DNA of 61,447 bases, counting the filler, from an uncultured virus (IMG/VR IMGVR_UViG_3300005239_002421) (taxonomy: Duplodnaviria > Heunggongvirae > Uroviricota > Caudoviricetes). It is 6 parts of one record of this genome, joined end to end, with 100 filler letters (N's around TTAATTAATTAA, not from the genome) between each part and the next. Parts side by side here need not be neighbours in the genome. Positions count along the whole stretch, not along the records: positions 20,312 to 32,107 come from IMGVR_UViG_3300005239_002421; positions 32,208 to 57,276 come from IMGVR_UViG_3300005239_002421; 4 more parts are not named here. The stretch is one strand, 5' to 3'. The position numbers were made by a program, and so were the translations under genes. Positions within the stretch are counted from its first letter, which is position 1. Each line of letters opens with the position of its first letter. This document shows, piece after piece, positions 31,602 through 41,169 of this stretch. Under the pieces are notes generated by a model that made no database searches, had not been told where the DNA came from, and saw only the letters and a program-made list of their open reading frames with translations.

Positions 31602-32060
31602 TTAATCGTTAAACCACATTTTGTCGTTATATCCACCAAATCCTTTTTGGTTGAAATTTGAGTATGAGCCACACCCACCTGCATTATAAAATGTTCCATC
31701 AAAACCTACAGTTGGTCCTGTACTTACAGGTCCTGAAGATGCTCCTCCTAATACATTTCCGTTACAATCTACATTAGCACTAGGGTTGTAATTAAGTGCT
31801 GATGGGTCAGCACATCCTGAAACAGGTGCTATACAAGAACCATCATCTTGATTTGCGTTAGGATTATAGTTTAAGCTACCTGCGGTAGTACATCCTAATA
31901 TTGGTGCAGGTGCATATTGACAAGGGCAACTTGCACTTGCATTACCACCACCTACTGATGAATTACCAAGACCTGTTGATATAGTTCCTGCTACTCCTCC
32001 GCCTATTGCTCCTACTTGATTAAGCCAAGCATAATTTTCATTGTTTCTTAAAAAACTCAT
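31602..32060 (-). CDS. Cys-rich GCTD-repeat protein
   Basis: WLNQVG, FYNAGG; ends GFGGYNDKMWFND. Confidence 0.75.
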   Translation of the reverse strand: MSFLRNNENYAWLNQVGAIGGGVAGTISTGLGNSSVGGGNASASCPCQYAPAPILGCTTAGSLNYNPNANQDDGSCIAPVSGCADPSALNYNPSANVDCNGNVLGGASSGPVSTGPTVGFDGTFYNAGGCGSYSNFNQKGFGGYNDKMWFND

Positions 32061-32207
32061 ATTTTTTTTTTTTTATAATTATTTAATTAAAGGAAAGAGA
32101 AAGGGGANNNNNNNNNNNNNNNNNNNNNNNNNNNNNNNNNNNNNNNNNNNNTTAATTAATTAANNNNNNNNNNNNNNNNNNNNNNNNNNNNNNNNNNNNN
32201 NNNNNNN

Positions 32208-32447
32208 CTTTCTTGCTTTTTGTAAAGCTAGACCGGGTGTAAGCAAAATATGTCCTCCATTACTATAAGATGTATAATAAGTTGGACTAAACCATTCATT
32301 ATAATTACTAATATTGGCTCCTTCTCCCCCAATAGCCGAGTAGATTTCAGTAAATAATTTTTTTCTTCTAATTGAAGTGACAACTAAATACACAATACCT
32401 AATCCGGCAACTGATGCTCCTATAATTATTTTTTGCTTTCTAGTCAT
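32208..32447 (-). CDS. N-terminal TM protein (3' in gap)
   Basis: KIIIGASVAGLGIVYL. Confidence 0.6.
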
Positions 32448-32890
32448 TATTTTCCTATTGCTTTTTGACCTCCGCCTATTTGTCCTGCTTCTGACATTCC
32501 TCTTGTTCCTATTGCTGCACCAAGTCTTTGTGCTCCTTCAGGAGTTTTAACAATATTATAAATCATTAAACCTGCTCCTCCTACAATAATTAATACAATT
32601 ATCTTAGAAATAGTAGAACCAAAATCTATACTGCCTCCAATAAAATCAAATACTCCTTTTCCTGTATCGGTCAATCTGTCTATAACATCTCTATCTAATT
32701 GAACACCTTGTTTTTCCATATACTCTCGTAATTCAACGGTGTCCCCCGGCATTTCTTTATCAAAATTCATCATCCAAAGTTGATTGGCTTGTGATTTTCC
32801 AACGCAACTTTTTAATGACTTATGCCATTCTATCCAAGTAGAAAAACTACTCTGATTAGTGGGTATTATTAAACAGGCATCTTTGCTCAT
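32447..32890 (-). CDS. Membrane protein
   Basis: WIEWHKSLK..ANQLW; C-proximal TM. Confidence 0.7.
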   Translation of the reverse strand: MSKDACLIIPTNQSSFSTWIEWHKSLKSCVGKSQANQLWMMNFDKEMPGDTVELREYMEKQGVQLDRDVIDRLTDTGKGVFDFIGGSIDFGSTISKIIVLIIVGGAGLMIYNIVKTPEGAQRLGAAIGTRGMSEAGQIGGGQKAIGK

Positions 32891-32899
32891 ACTATATAT

Positions 32900-33253
32900 T
32901 TACCAATTTAGTGTGCTTCCTTCAGGCACTTGATAGTCGCCCTCTGCAATTTCTTTACATCTAAGTGCTCCAACATAACCATTTTTATCTTGCCAAAACT
33001 TACTTACCGTACAAGGTGAACCGTTGAAAGTGGCAACTGTTCCTAACCTTAGTTTTTCAGTAGCTTCACCTCTTTCTTTAGAAGGAACACCTATCCATTT
33101 ACCCTTTCCTTTTCCTAATGCTTCTGCTACATCAATACTAAGTCCTTTGTCTGATATGACAGGAGATGAACCATCTCCAACACTTGTTTCTGCTTTTTTT
33201 CTAAAGAACAAGAAATAAGCTGCTACTGCCGCTACTGATGCTCCTATAATTAT
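32900..33253 (-). CDS. N-terminal TM protein, paralogue of 18969-19337 (start in gap)
   Basis: IIIGASVAAVAAYFLF upstream of the tracked ORF; PCTVSKFWQDKNG. Confidence 0.7.
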   Translation of the reverse strand: MIIGASVAAVAAYFLFFRKKAETSVGDGSSPVISDKGLSIDVAEALGKGKGKWIGVPSKERGEATEKLRLGTVATFNGSPCTVSKFWQDKNGYVGALRCKEIAEGDYQVPEGSTLNW

Positions 33254-33273
33254 NNNNNNNNNNNNNNNNNNNN

Positions 33274-33563
33274 TGCATCATCTCTTTCATACGAGTTACA
33301 TTTTCTAACTTATCTCTTTTTTCTTTTTCTAAAGACAAAGAGTTTAATTTAGATTTAAGAATCATTTCATCTTCTTCACAATTAGGCTCAATAGATGAAA
33401 CTTCATTAATCATATCTGTTAAGTCATCATACTCCATATTGTTAGCCATTCGTGATGAATTGGACTTATTACGATTAGGAATTTTATATACTGTTACATT
33501 ATCATCTCCCCAAGCTGAATTGCTTTTTCTAAATGCATCTTTATGATTATTAAGAAATGCCAT
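33274..33563 (-). CDS. Hypothetical protein
   Basis: Likely start MAFLNNHKDAF, resembling the MAFLINN/MSFLRNN starts. Confidence 0.55.
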
Positions 33564-33564
33564 A

Positions 33565-34035
33565 TTATGTAATGTTTTGTATTGATGAAATTTTACAAGA
33601 TTTTCTAGCCATATTATATGCCGTTTTAAATCCGGGACCAATATAACCATCTACTCCACCTGAAGAATCAATTATAACCTTGATGTCAGGACTTAAATCA
33701 GACAGATTCATTTGCATTTTTTCGATTTCGGAAGATGAATAATCATCTGCCTTAATACCATCCGCAGTATATGGGTCTGCCGGTGCTTCACAAGTTGGTG
33801 CCGTTGTAGGATTATTTTCTTTTTCTTTTTTTGCAAAAAGTTCAGAAAACAAATTTCCAATTGTTGTGCCCAAACTATCTACGGTGCTAGTTGATGGGTC
33901 ATTTTGATTTGAACCGCCCCCTCCTGTAGTAGTAATAGTTGTTGTAGTTCCGGGTTTTCTAGTAAGCAAATAAACTCCAACACCTAATGCTCCAACTACA
34001 CCAACACCAATAAGAATCTTATTAGTATCTGTCAT
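33565..34035 (-). CDS. N-terminal TM protein with degenerate PG-binding-like domain
   Basis: IEKMQ..L..GGVDGYIGPGFKTAY. Confidence 0.55.
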   Translation of the reverse strand: MTDTNKILIGVGVVGALGVGVYLLTRKPGTTTTITTTGGGGSNQNDPSTSTVDSLGTTIGNLFSELFAKKEKENNPTTAPTCEAPADPYTADGIKADDYSSSEIEKMQMNLSDLSPDIKVIIDSSGGVDGYIGPGFKTAYNMARKSCKISSIQNIT

Positions 34036-34039
34036 AATT

Positions 34040-34396
34040 TTACTTTTTTAAATATTTGTTATAAGCCCAAAATCCTACTAAAAGTGCTCCTGCAATAAAT
34101 ACTACTTTCTTAGTTGGAAAGTTAGATACACTTGCACCTGCCGTTACTTCTGAACTTCCTAAACTTACTGAACCGCTAACGGCTGCTCCTCTTGGAAACT
34201 CTATATTTTCATCAGCATTATCTAATACCACTTGTTCTTTAGTTCTTGGTGCATCAGGAATAAATCCTTCGCCATTCATATTAATGAATTCTTCATTTTC
34301 AATGAATTTTGCTCCATACTTATTTTTTTGCTCTCCTACCCACTCGCTGAATGGAGTATCTGAACCTGTTAATTTGTAAACTTGATTTGCAGTCAT
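34040..34396 (-). CDS. C-terminal TM protein
   Basis: MTANQVYK..PFSEWV..FINMNG; terminal TM. Confidence 0.7.
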   Translation of the reverse strand: MTANQVYKLTGSDTPFSEWVGEQKNKYGAKFIENEEFINMNGEGFIPDAPRTKEQVVLDNADENIEFPRGAAVSGSVSLGSSEVTAGASVSNFPTKKVVFIAGALLVGFWAYNKYLKK

Positions 34397-34428
34397 TTTT
34401 TTTGATTTTAATTGTTAATTGTTATTAT

Positions 34429-35022
34429 TTATTTTTTTAAGACAAGAACTAAAAGCATAATTCCTACTAATGCTCCTGCACCTATCATTAAATTCTTTTT
34501 TTCTTTATCGGCTTTTGCAGTTTCACGATTTATTAAAGCCTGTGCTTCATTAAATGTTCTTTCAGTTGCTGCTGCCGAGTCCTTACCCAATTGTGTTAAT
34601 TGCTCTCTTATAGCATCTAGTTCTTTGTTTTTTTCTGCTACATCTTCAATACCTGCATCAATAGAAGAGCCTACTGTAGTATTTACCTGACAATCTCTAG
34701 CATCCATAAAACTAACTACTTTACCTTTGTGGAATGTAGCTGCTTTTCTTTTTCTCTTAGGAACTCTACTATTACCTGTATTAGAGTTGTAGATGTCTTG
34801 GAAGAAATCTTTACACTCTTGTAAGTCTACACAACTATCTCCTGCTGCGTAATCACAATCAGCTTTTTGATTTGCCTCTTCGGTTTTATATCTGTCACTT
34901 TCGGCTCCTTTGGGGTTAGTTATATCTTTAAACCAAGACCCTCCAATAAATCCGGGATGATTTAAGAATTCACCATCTGTAAGAGATGATACATTTTGAT
35001 TTGAATCACTATCTAAAAACAT
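34429..35022 (-). CDS. Coiled-coil C-terminal TM protein (family with 35026 and 36454)
   Basis: FLNHPG; FMDARDC. Confidence 0.7.
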   Translation of the reverse strand: MFLDSDSNQNVSSLTDGEFLNHPGFIGGSWFKDITNPKGAESDRYKTEEANQKADCDYAAGDSCVDLQECKDFFQDIYNSNTGNSRVPKRKRKAATFHKGKVVSFMDARDCQVNTTVGSSIDAGIEDVAEKNKELDAIREQLTQLGKDSAAATERTFNEAQALINRETAKADKEKKNLMIGAGALVGIMLLVLVLKK

Positions 35023-35025
35023 AAT

Positions 35026-35835
35026 TTATTTCTTTTTTAATATTAATACTGCAATGACTATAACTGCTCCAATCATAATCATTTTATTTCTTTTTGCTAA
35101 CTCAGCATTATCTTCTGCTGCTATTGCTGCTGCTGCATCTGACTCTTCTTTTATTAGTTCTATTTCTTGATTATATGCTGCATCTGATGTTTCTTTTTCT
35201 ATTTGTGCTAATTCTGCTGCTGCTTCTGCTTCATCTTGTGCAATTTGAGCAGTATCAATAGCTGAGGTTGTGCCATTACAATCTCTTGCATCCATAAATC
35301 CTGAAACCTTACTTAAAGCATCAGAAATTTCACTTAAATATTTTGCTCTATAATCTCTATCAAATTCGTGTACTACCGAAGCATTACTCCAATCATTCAT
35401 TAAAGAATTTAAATTTTCAGTAACACTAACATACTCTGCACAAGTCATATCTGAAGTAAATGGAACTAAGTTTTTTACTCTTGATTTAACTGAATTAAGA
35501 CTACTACTCATAGTAGCTAAATTAAGTCCGTGTGAGTTTAAACTTTCAGCTTTTGTATCATATGCTTCTTTTATTGCTTGATTTGAAGAATAATCTACAA
35601 TTTTGAAGCCGGGTGTTTGGCACATAATACCCATAAAACCTCTACAAGCAGTAAATCCTGCATTTGAGAAACCTGACCTACCGGGGAAAATCTTATATTT
35701 TATAACAAATTCTCTGTAATTTACATTTGCAGCAGCATTATAATATTCTCCACTTGCATAAAGTGAGTTGTCCTGCATTGCATCTGTGTCAAAATTTCCA
35801 AAACTATTTGCGTTAAAGTCGCTATCTATAAACAT
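35026..35835 (-). CDS. Coiled-coil C-terminal TM protein
   Basis: Starts MFIDSD; YYNAAA; FMDARDC. Confidence 0.7.
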   Translation of the reverse strand: MFIDSDFNANSFGNFDTDAMQDNSLYASGEYYNAAANVNYREFVIKYKIFPGRSGFSNAGFTACRGFMGIMCQTPGFKIVDYSSNQAIKEAYDTKAESLNSHGLNLATMSSSLNSVKSRVKNLVPFTSDMTCAEYVSVTENLNSLMNDWSNASVVHEFDRDYRAKYLSEISDALSKVSGFMDARDCNGTTSAIDTAQIAQDEAEAAAELAQIEKETSDAAYNQEIELIKEESDAAAAIAAEDNAELAKRNKMIMIGAVIVIAVLILKKK

Positions 35836-35845
35836 ATTTCTTTTT

Positions 35846-36115
35846 TTAATTATCCATTACACCGTTTTTGAAACGGTATGCCCCAAGTTTTAATCCTTCT
35901 ACTCCTCCAAACTTAGATTTTGTTTTACAATCTTTATTTGTGAAAATTCCATCTCCACTATCATCCATACTGTCACAACCTCTATCCCAAGTTAGTACAG
36001 GCTCATATGAATACTTATCTCCTCCTACAGTAATAACTGCATCTCCGGATTGATTAAACCAAAGTTCTGTACTATTTTGTGCTCCTGATTGATTAAACCA
36101 TAAATTGTTTTCCAT
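35846..36115 (-). CDS. Small protein with two LWFNQSG motifs
   Basis: Likely start MENNLWFNQSGAQNSTELWFNQSG. Confidence 0.65.
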   Translation of the reverse strand: MENNLWFNQSGAQNSTELWFNQSGDAVITVGGDKYSYEPVLTWDRGCDSMDDSGDGIFTNKDCKTKSKFGGVEGLKLGAYRFKNGVMDN

Positions 36116-36125
36116 TTTCTTTTTT

Positions 36126-36449
36126 TTAATAATCTCCAAACATAAAATCACTACTACCACCAAATCCAAACCACACATCTGAATTGGCTTTTGTTCCTCC
36201 ACTTGCATTTAGCATAGATGGAGTAATATTTTGATAAGGGTCAATCACACTTGTATTAACTCTTGTAGATGTATTACCTGCAACTGCATTTCCTGTTGTA
36301 ACACTATATTGTTCAGTTGGACCACCAATACCATCTCCACCAAAAATTGATGAATAATCGCATCCGCTTCCATCAGGTAAACTACATAATGGATAGCAAG
36401 GGTCATTTGTAACATATTGTCCGTTACATAACATTGTTTTGTTGCTCAT
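36126..36449 (-). CDS. Cys-rich small protein
   Basis: MLNASG; ends WFGFGGSSDFMFGDY. Confidence 0.65.
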   Translation of the reverse strand: MSNKTMLCNGQYVTNDPCYPLCSLPDGSGCDYSSIFGGDGIGGPTEQYSVTTGNAVAGNTSTRVNTSVIDPYQNITPSMLNASGGTKANSDVWFGFGGSSDFMFGDY

Positions 36450-36453
36450 AATT

Positions 36454-37143
36454 TTATCTTTTTATTACTTTATAAATACCATATCCAACTGCTCCAAGAA
36501 CTAAAAATCCAAGCATTAAGTTTGTAGGACTATTTAGACCTCCTGTTGCTGCTGCGGATTGTGTAAATAATTGTTGTTGATTAGCCAAATTGACTTGTTG
36601 TGCTTGTTGTTCTGCAATACAAGCTGATTCCATAGCATCTTTTATACTTGGTCTACGAATACCTCTTGTTTTTCTTGCTCTTGCATTAACTCTTTTAGAA
36701 CCTCTACTTCCGCCATCTTTATTGGCTTCTAATCTATCTACATCTCCATCTAATCTTTCTAAACTTGATGTAAGAACCGCACAGTTTCCTGTATTAGGAT
36801 ATTCTGCATTTACTTTAGCTTGTTCTTTAGCTTCTCGTTCTCTTTCAGCTTTCTTTTTACTCCAAGTTATTCCTAAAAATCCGGGATGGTTACTCCATAC
36901 ATCACTATCAGGCATTGAATTATTATCATCATCAGTTAAGACCATATTTGGTCTATTTCCAATATGATGGTCTAATGTGATTGATTCTTCTCCTGATGCA
37001 TTAAAAGCAGTACCAACTATCTGAGATACTCTTACTGCTTCTTCTTTTGTTACATTTCCTGCTTGATTTGACCAAACTGTGTTACCCCAAGGCATATCAT
37101 TTGGCACATCTGAAGCATCCATATTTAAAAAGTTATTGTCCAT
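36454..37143 (-). CDS. C-terminal TM protein with several N-x-x-G motifs
   Basis: WSNQAG, FNASG, WSNHPG. Confidence 0.7.
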   Translation of the reverse strand: MDNNFLNMDASDVPNDMPWGNTVWSNQAGNVTKEEAVRVSQIVGTAFNASGEESITLDHHIGNRPNMVLTDDDNNSMPDSDVWSNHPGFLGITWSKKKAEREREAKEQAKVNAEYPNTGNCAVLTSSLERLDGDVDRLEANKDGGSRGSKRVNARARKTRGIRRPSIKDAMESACIAEQQAQQVNLANQQQLFTQSAAATGGLNSPTNLMLGFLVLGAVGYGIYKVIKR

Positions 37144-37159
37144 TTTTTATATTTTTTTA

Positions 37160-37288
37160 TTAAGCTGATTCTTGTCCTTTATAATATCCATAGCCAATTA
37201 CATAAAATAATACTCCTACTGATACCATTGATAAAACAAAATTACCTACACTCATTTTCGATACATTTTCTTCTTCTGTTCTTTCCAT
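37160..37288 (-). CDS. Small membrane protein
   Basis: MSVG..VIGYG..KG, like the C-terminus of 37305 and the fragment at 24245-24343. Confidence 0.6.
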   Translation of the reverse strand: MERTEEENVSKMSVGNFVLSMVSVGVLFYVIGYGYYKGQESA

Positions 37289-37304
37289 TTTTTTAATTTT
37301 TTTA

Positions 37305-37790
37305 TTACTTAGCAGCCGTACCGCCTTTTCTAATTGAATAACCAATTACAAATGCAGTTAAACCAATTCCTAAATATCCCATCAATAATTTACCTACACT
37401 CATTTGCATATTTGAACTATCTCTTCCGGAGAATCTTCTGTAAATTATTCCTGAGCCTGTTGGCAATGGTTTTACAGGTGTTCTTCTGTCCATTAGTGGC
37501 GGTAATAGTCTTTCATCACCTGCCGCATTTTGGAATACTCCACCATCTTGCCACATAGTTTCACGATTTCTTCCTGATTGTTGCCAATTAGTACCCGTAA
37601 AACTTCTAAAGTTTTGTCTTTGCCCTCTTGGACCATATCTTAATGAGCCTTGTGAAGGAACTCCTCTTGTTTTTGATATTCCTCCTCCTTCTACTCTTGC
37701 ATCGCAAGGGTCACATCCTCCTGAAGAAGTCATTTGCCCAAAACAACTTGAGCCATCTGCCAATATTCTGCTACAATTATATGCTGCCAT
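37305..37790 (-). CDS. Cys-rich N-terminus, C-terminal TM protein
   Basis: Contains a 27-aa block identical to one in the ORF at 17863. Confidence 0.7.
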   Translation of the reverse strand: MAAYNCSRILADGSSCFGQMTSSGGCDPCDARVEGGGISKTRGVPSQGSLRYGPRGQRQNFRSFTGTNWQQSGRNRETMWQDGGVFQNAAGDERLLPPLMDRRTPVKPLPTGSGIIYRRFSGRDSSNMQMSVGKLLMGYLGIGLTAFVIGYSIRKGGTAAK

Positions 37791-37808
37791 ATCTTTTAAT
37801 TTTTATTA

Positions 37809-38639
37809 TTATCTACTTGCTTTCAAATTAGGTGTACTATTCTGAGTGCAAAATTTATTTCTTTCAAAATTTGTTATAAACTGATTTAAAATGTCAAATC
37901 TTTCTTTATTTTGAGGTGTTGGAGTGTCCTTAAATGTTGTAAGGAAACTTTGATAAGCCTCTATTCTTGGATAACCAAGAGCCAAATAAATTAATAATCC
38001 ATTCAAATCTGCTTCTGTTTCATCTTCCATATTCTCATTCAAATAAAAATGAGAAAACTCGTGTAATAGAATTGCCATTCTCATTGGAACAGTAAACTTT
38101 TTATAATGTGCTTTGCTTACTTGTATAATTCCTTTTGACTGACTAATTCTTGCAGGGGTTTGTATTACCAAACCTCTTTTTGTTCTAATATCATCAAAGT
38201 AATCTATTCTAAAATTACCCTCATCTGAGATATATGTGCTTCCGTTTGGAAACTTTCCTGCACTTAATATTCCTGCGTTGTCTGAGAATTGTTGAGCAAA
38301 ATTTGCAAAATCTCTTATTTTTGGATTACTCCAATCAACACAATCCATTTTTCTTTCTAATGGTCTAGCATCTATTTTTACAACTTTAAATGATGCATCT
38401 TGACCCTTTTTCAAATTACCGTTAGCTTTATTATATACACTTATAAGTGCTTCATAAGGAGATAAAGGCATTCTAACGAAGAATCTTTGCTTACCATCAA
38501 TAGTTGCATATCTATTAGTATAATCAGTATTAGGCTTATTAATATCCTTAACTACTATCTGAATTTTTTGAGGACTATTTGTTACGACCTCTATCATAAT
38601 AGTTAACGATTTTTGCTTTGTTTTAAATAAAATATTCAT
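37809..38639 (-). CDS. Zinc metallopeptidase (HEXXH), candidate virion maturation protease
   Basis: ILLHEFSH..ETEAD zincin pattern, located in the structural module. Confidence 0.75.
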   Translation of the reverse strand: MNILFKTKQKSLTIMIEVVTNSPQKIQIVVKDINKPNTDYTNRYATIDGKQRFFVRMPLSPYEALISVYNKANGNLKKGQDASFKVVKIDARPLERKMDCVDWSNPKIRDFANFAQQFSDNAGILSAGKFPNGSTYISDEGNFRIDYFDDIRTKRGLVIQTPARISQSKGIIQVSKAHYKKFTVPMRMAILLHEFSHFYLNENMEDETEADLNGLLIYLALGYPRIEAYQSFLTTFKDTPTPQNKERFDILNQFITNFERNKFCTQNSTPNLKASR

Positions 38640-38767
38640 TTCTTAATTACCAAAATTATTAAACCTAATAATATGACTCCTCCTACTAACCTTAATCGAG
38701 TTACTGATATACCCTTTATTTGCATATCCATTTCTTCTCTTTCCAAAGGTTGTAGTGCCACTTATCA

Positions 38768-39076
38768 TTACTTTTTAAAATTTATAATACTCTCCTTTGC
38801 TATGTAACCTCCGGCTAATCCTCCGGCTAAAACTCCCATCCATACACTTTTCTTTCTCCATAATGATAGAATAGCCCCTAATACACTTCCTAATACTGCT
38901 CCTTTCAACATCTCTTTAGTGCTATCTTTAACTAAAGCTGCCTTTCCATCATCTACAATCGTACTGATACTTTCTTGTGTTTCAGTTGGCATTGTCATTC
39001 TGTTTGTGACATTATTTTGTCCATCAAAAGAAATTTCCTGAGCCTCATCAAAAAGATTTACTTCGCTATCAAACAT
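38768..39076 (-). CDS. Two-TM glycine-zipper membrane protein
   Basis: GAVLGSVLGA..GVLAGGLAGG. Confidence 0.7.
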   Translation of the reverse strand: MFDSEVNLFDEAQEISFDGQNNVTNRMTMPTETQESISTIVDDGKAALVKDSTKEMLKGAVLGSVLGAILSLWRKKSVWMGVLAGGLAGGYIAKESIINFKK

Positions 39077-39087
39077 ATTTCAAAGAA

Positions 39088-39783
39088 CTAATTTTGTACT
39101 GCCGGTGATGAACTTCCTTTTCTACTATTATATAAAGCAAAACCTATAACTGCTAAAACCCCAACACCTAATAAAATAAATACAACTTTGCTAGAGCCTC
39201 CTAAACCTGCTTGAGTTGGCGGTAATACAGTTTGATTTGCACCTAATTCCATTTGCTGCAACATCAAATCTCTATTCATTCCTGCAAGTTCTAATTCGTG
39301 AGCCCTTTGCTTTCCTGCTTCTTTATAGCTTTTATTTCCTTGCCAAATACCTGCAATTGTAGATAATACCTGAACTCCTCCGTTTAACCATTGTCCGCCT
39401 GTAACTCCTGCTCCTGCACTTACCGGTGGGGCAGGAACACCTGCTTGATTCATAAATCCATCTCTAGGCGAATCCGTGTCCATTGGACTAATTTCTTCTG
39501 CACCTTCAATAAATGGCAATTGATTAGCTAAAACTAATTTCATAATTCCTAGCCTTACACATTCACTTGTTAAATTGTATGCTACTGCCGTAACTAATTC
39601 AACTTTTCCTGCTCGTGAAGAAACTCTCACACCACAGTTAATAAGTGTTTTTCGTACTAAAGCCGGTCTACCCTCTATCACTTTAGCAACTTCGGATAAC
39701 ATTAACTCTCTCGTTATAGCCATATCTTTTGTTTTATTTATTGCTTTAAAATTTTCTTTAAAATTATGATGCTCATATCTCAT
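39088..39783 (-). CDS. Virion membrane protein candidate
   Basis: FMNQAG; amphipathic segment and C-terminal TM. Confidence 0.7.
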   Translation of the reverse strand: MRYEHHNFKENFKAINKTKDMAITRELMLSEVAKVIEGRPALVRKTLINCGVRVSSRAGKVELVTAVAYNLTSECVRLGIMKLVLANQLPFIEGAEEISPMDTDSPRDGFMNQAGVPAPPVSAGAGVTGGQWLNGGVQVLSTIAGIWQGNKSYKEAGKQRAHELELAGMNRDLMLQQMELGANQTVLPPTQAGLGGSSKVVFILLGVGVLAVIGFALYNSRKGSSSPAVQN

Positions 39784-39784
39784 A

Positions 39785-40294
39785 CTACTTTTTTGCTATT
39801 ATATATCCTACCGCAAAACCAACGGCTAATAAAAGAATTGGAGATGTTTGCATTTCTTTCATTTTTCTATCTCTTGCTCTCCTATCTCTTTTTAGCTTTT
39901 CTCTAAGTATTTCTTTTTTTACTTCTTTTATTTCACTTACTACCTCTTTTGCATCAAAATTAGAACTTGATGTATTAGGCTCAAATGAAGATGGAGCCTC
40001 CGGTTTAAATGGGGTTGGCTCTACAACTTCAGGTTCAGCAAATCCCGGTGTTCTACCTGTTGCATAAGCGAAATCTTTATCTGAACCAAATGATTTAGTG
40101 AAAGACTCTAATAAAGACTTATCAGGATGAATTTCACTAATATCTTGTAAGGCAACTTTTTTGTATTTTCTTACAATTATTTTTAATCTGCTAATTAACT
40201 CACTTATACTGTTGGTAGCTTGAAAACCATAATTACTTAAAAGTTCATTAGCCCCTGAAGAATTATTATGTGCTATGTATGTGTATAAATTCAT
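39785..40294 (-). CDS. C-terminal TM protein downstream of capsid gene
   Basis: YIAHNN..A..LL..YG..IHPDK; terminal TM. Confidence 0.7.
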   Translation of the reverse strand: MNLYTYIAHNNSSGANELLSNYGFQATNSISELISRLKIIVRKYKKVALQDISEIHPDKSLLESFTKSFGSDKDFAYATGRTPGFAEPEVVEPTPFKPEAPSSFEPNTSSSNFDAKEVVSEIKEVKKEILREKLKRDRRARDRKMKEMQTSPILLLAVGFAVGYIIAKK

Positions 40295-40332
40295 TTTTAT
40301 CTTTTTTGTATATTTTTAATTTATCTTTTAGT

Positions 40333-40385
40333 AAAAAAAAAATGGGGCTCGAAGAAAATGCCTTTGCATCTACCTCTGCCCCATT
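40333..40385 (-). terminator. Rho-independent terminator after putative major capsid gene
   Basis: AAUGGGGC..GAUGC-AAAG-GCAUU..GCCCCA hairpin followed by a 10-U tract. Confidence 0.85.
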
Positions 40386-40419
40386 TAATATCTAATCTCT
40401 AAGAATTAATAACTTAATA

Positions 40420-41169
40420 TTAACCCTGTAATGCACGAGCAACTCCTTGACCAAGAACAATCTTGTCTTGTCTTACAACATTTGGATTACCATAACCACG
40501 AGCAATTGAATTGCCTGTTAGAGCACGACCTTGAGAAACAGTTTCAGATGGGAACAAGTAGACTTTTAAAGTCGCTTTTGCTGCAATACTGTTAACTGTT
40601 AATGTAGTAAAGCCATCCCACTTATAGGTATGCTTTAATACAGTAATGTCTGTTTGGTTTTGGTAAGGGTCAATTGTAGGAACAAGAGTTTTTTGTTGTT
40701 GATTACCATTAGAGTCAACTACTTTTACTACGATAGTTTCTAGGACCTGTGTTGAGCCTCCATCACTTTGTAGGTAAGTTAATCCAACCACGAATGGTTT
40801 AGATGAACTTTGCCATAAAAATTCAAGATAAGTTACACCTGAAATAGCCATATTATATAGGATATTTGCCGTGTTACCTGCTTCACCTGCCGGAATACCT
40901 CCACCTGCTGCGATTGCGGTTACCTTAGTTATCGTGTTATATGCTCCACCAATTTCAACAGATGCTACATCTGCTGCCGTAGAGTTATATAATGAGATAA
41001 TGTAAGGTTGTGATGAACTAGCATCAGCCGAACCCATTGCGTTTAAGTATTCTTCTTCAGAACCACCAAAGTCAAAAGCATCATCCCAATCATTTACACC
41101 ATTAGCTGACATAAATTCGTTTGAAATGTTTTCTTCTGCATCAGAGAAATAACGGTTTAAATTTTCCAT
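40420..41169 (-). CDS. Putative major capsid protein (single beta-sandwich/jelly-roll-like) with acidic N-terminal propeptide
   Basis: Beta-rich; high-expression-type codons (GCT, CGT, AAC); own promoter and terminator; near the packaging ATPase; has a paralogue. Fold is inferred, not computed. Confidence 0.6.
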   Translation of the reverse strand: MENLNRYFSDAEENISNEFMSANGVNDWDDAFDFGGSEEEYLNAMGSADASSSQPYIISLYNSTAADVASVEIGGAYNTITKVTAIAAGGGIPAGEAGNTANILYNMAISGVTYLEFLWQSSSKPFVVGLTYLQSDGGSTQVLETIVVKVVDSNGNQQQKTLVPTIDPYQNQTDITVLKHTYKWDGFTTLTVNSIAAKATLKVYLFPSETVSQGRALTGNSIARGYGNPNVVRQDKIVLGQGVARALQG

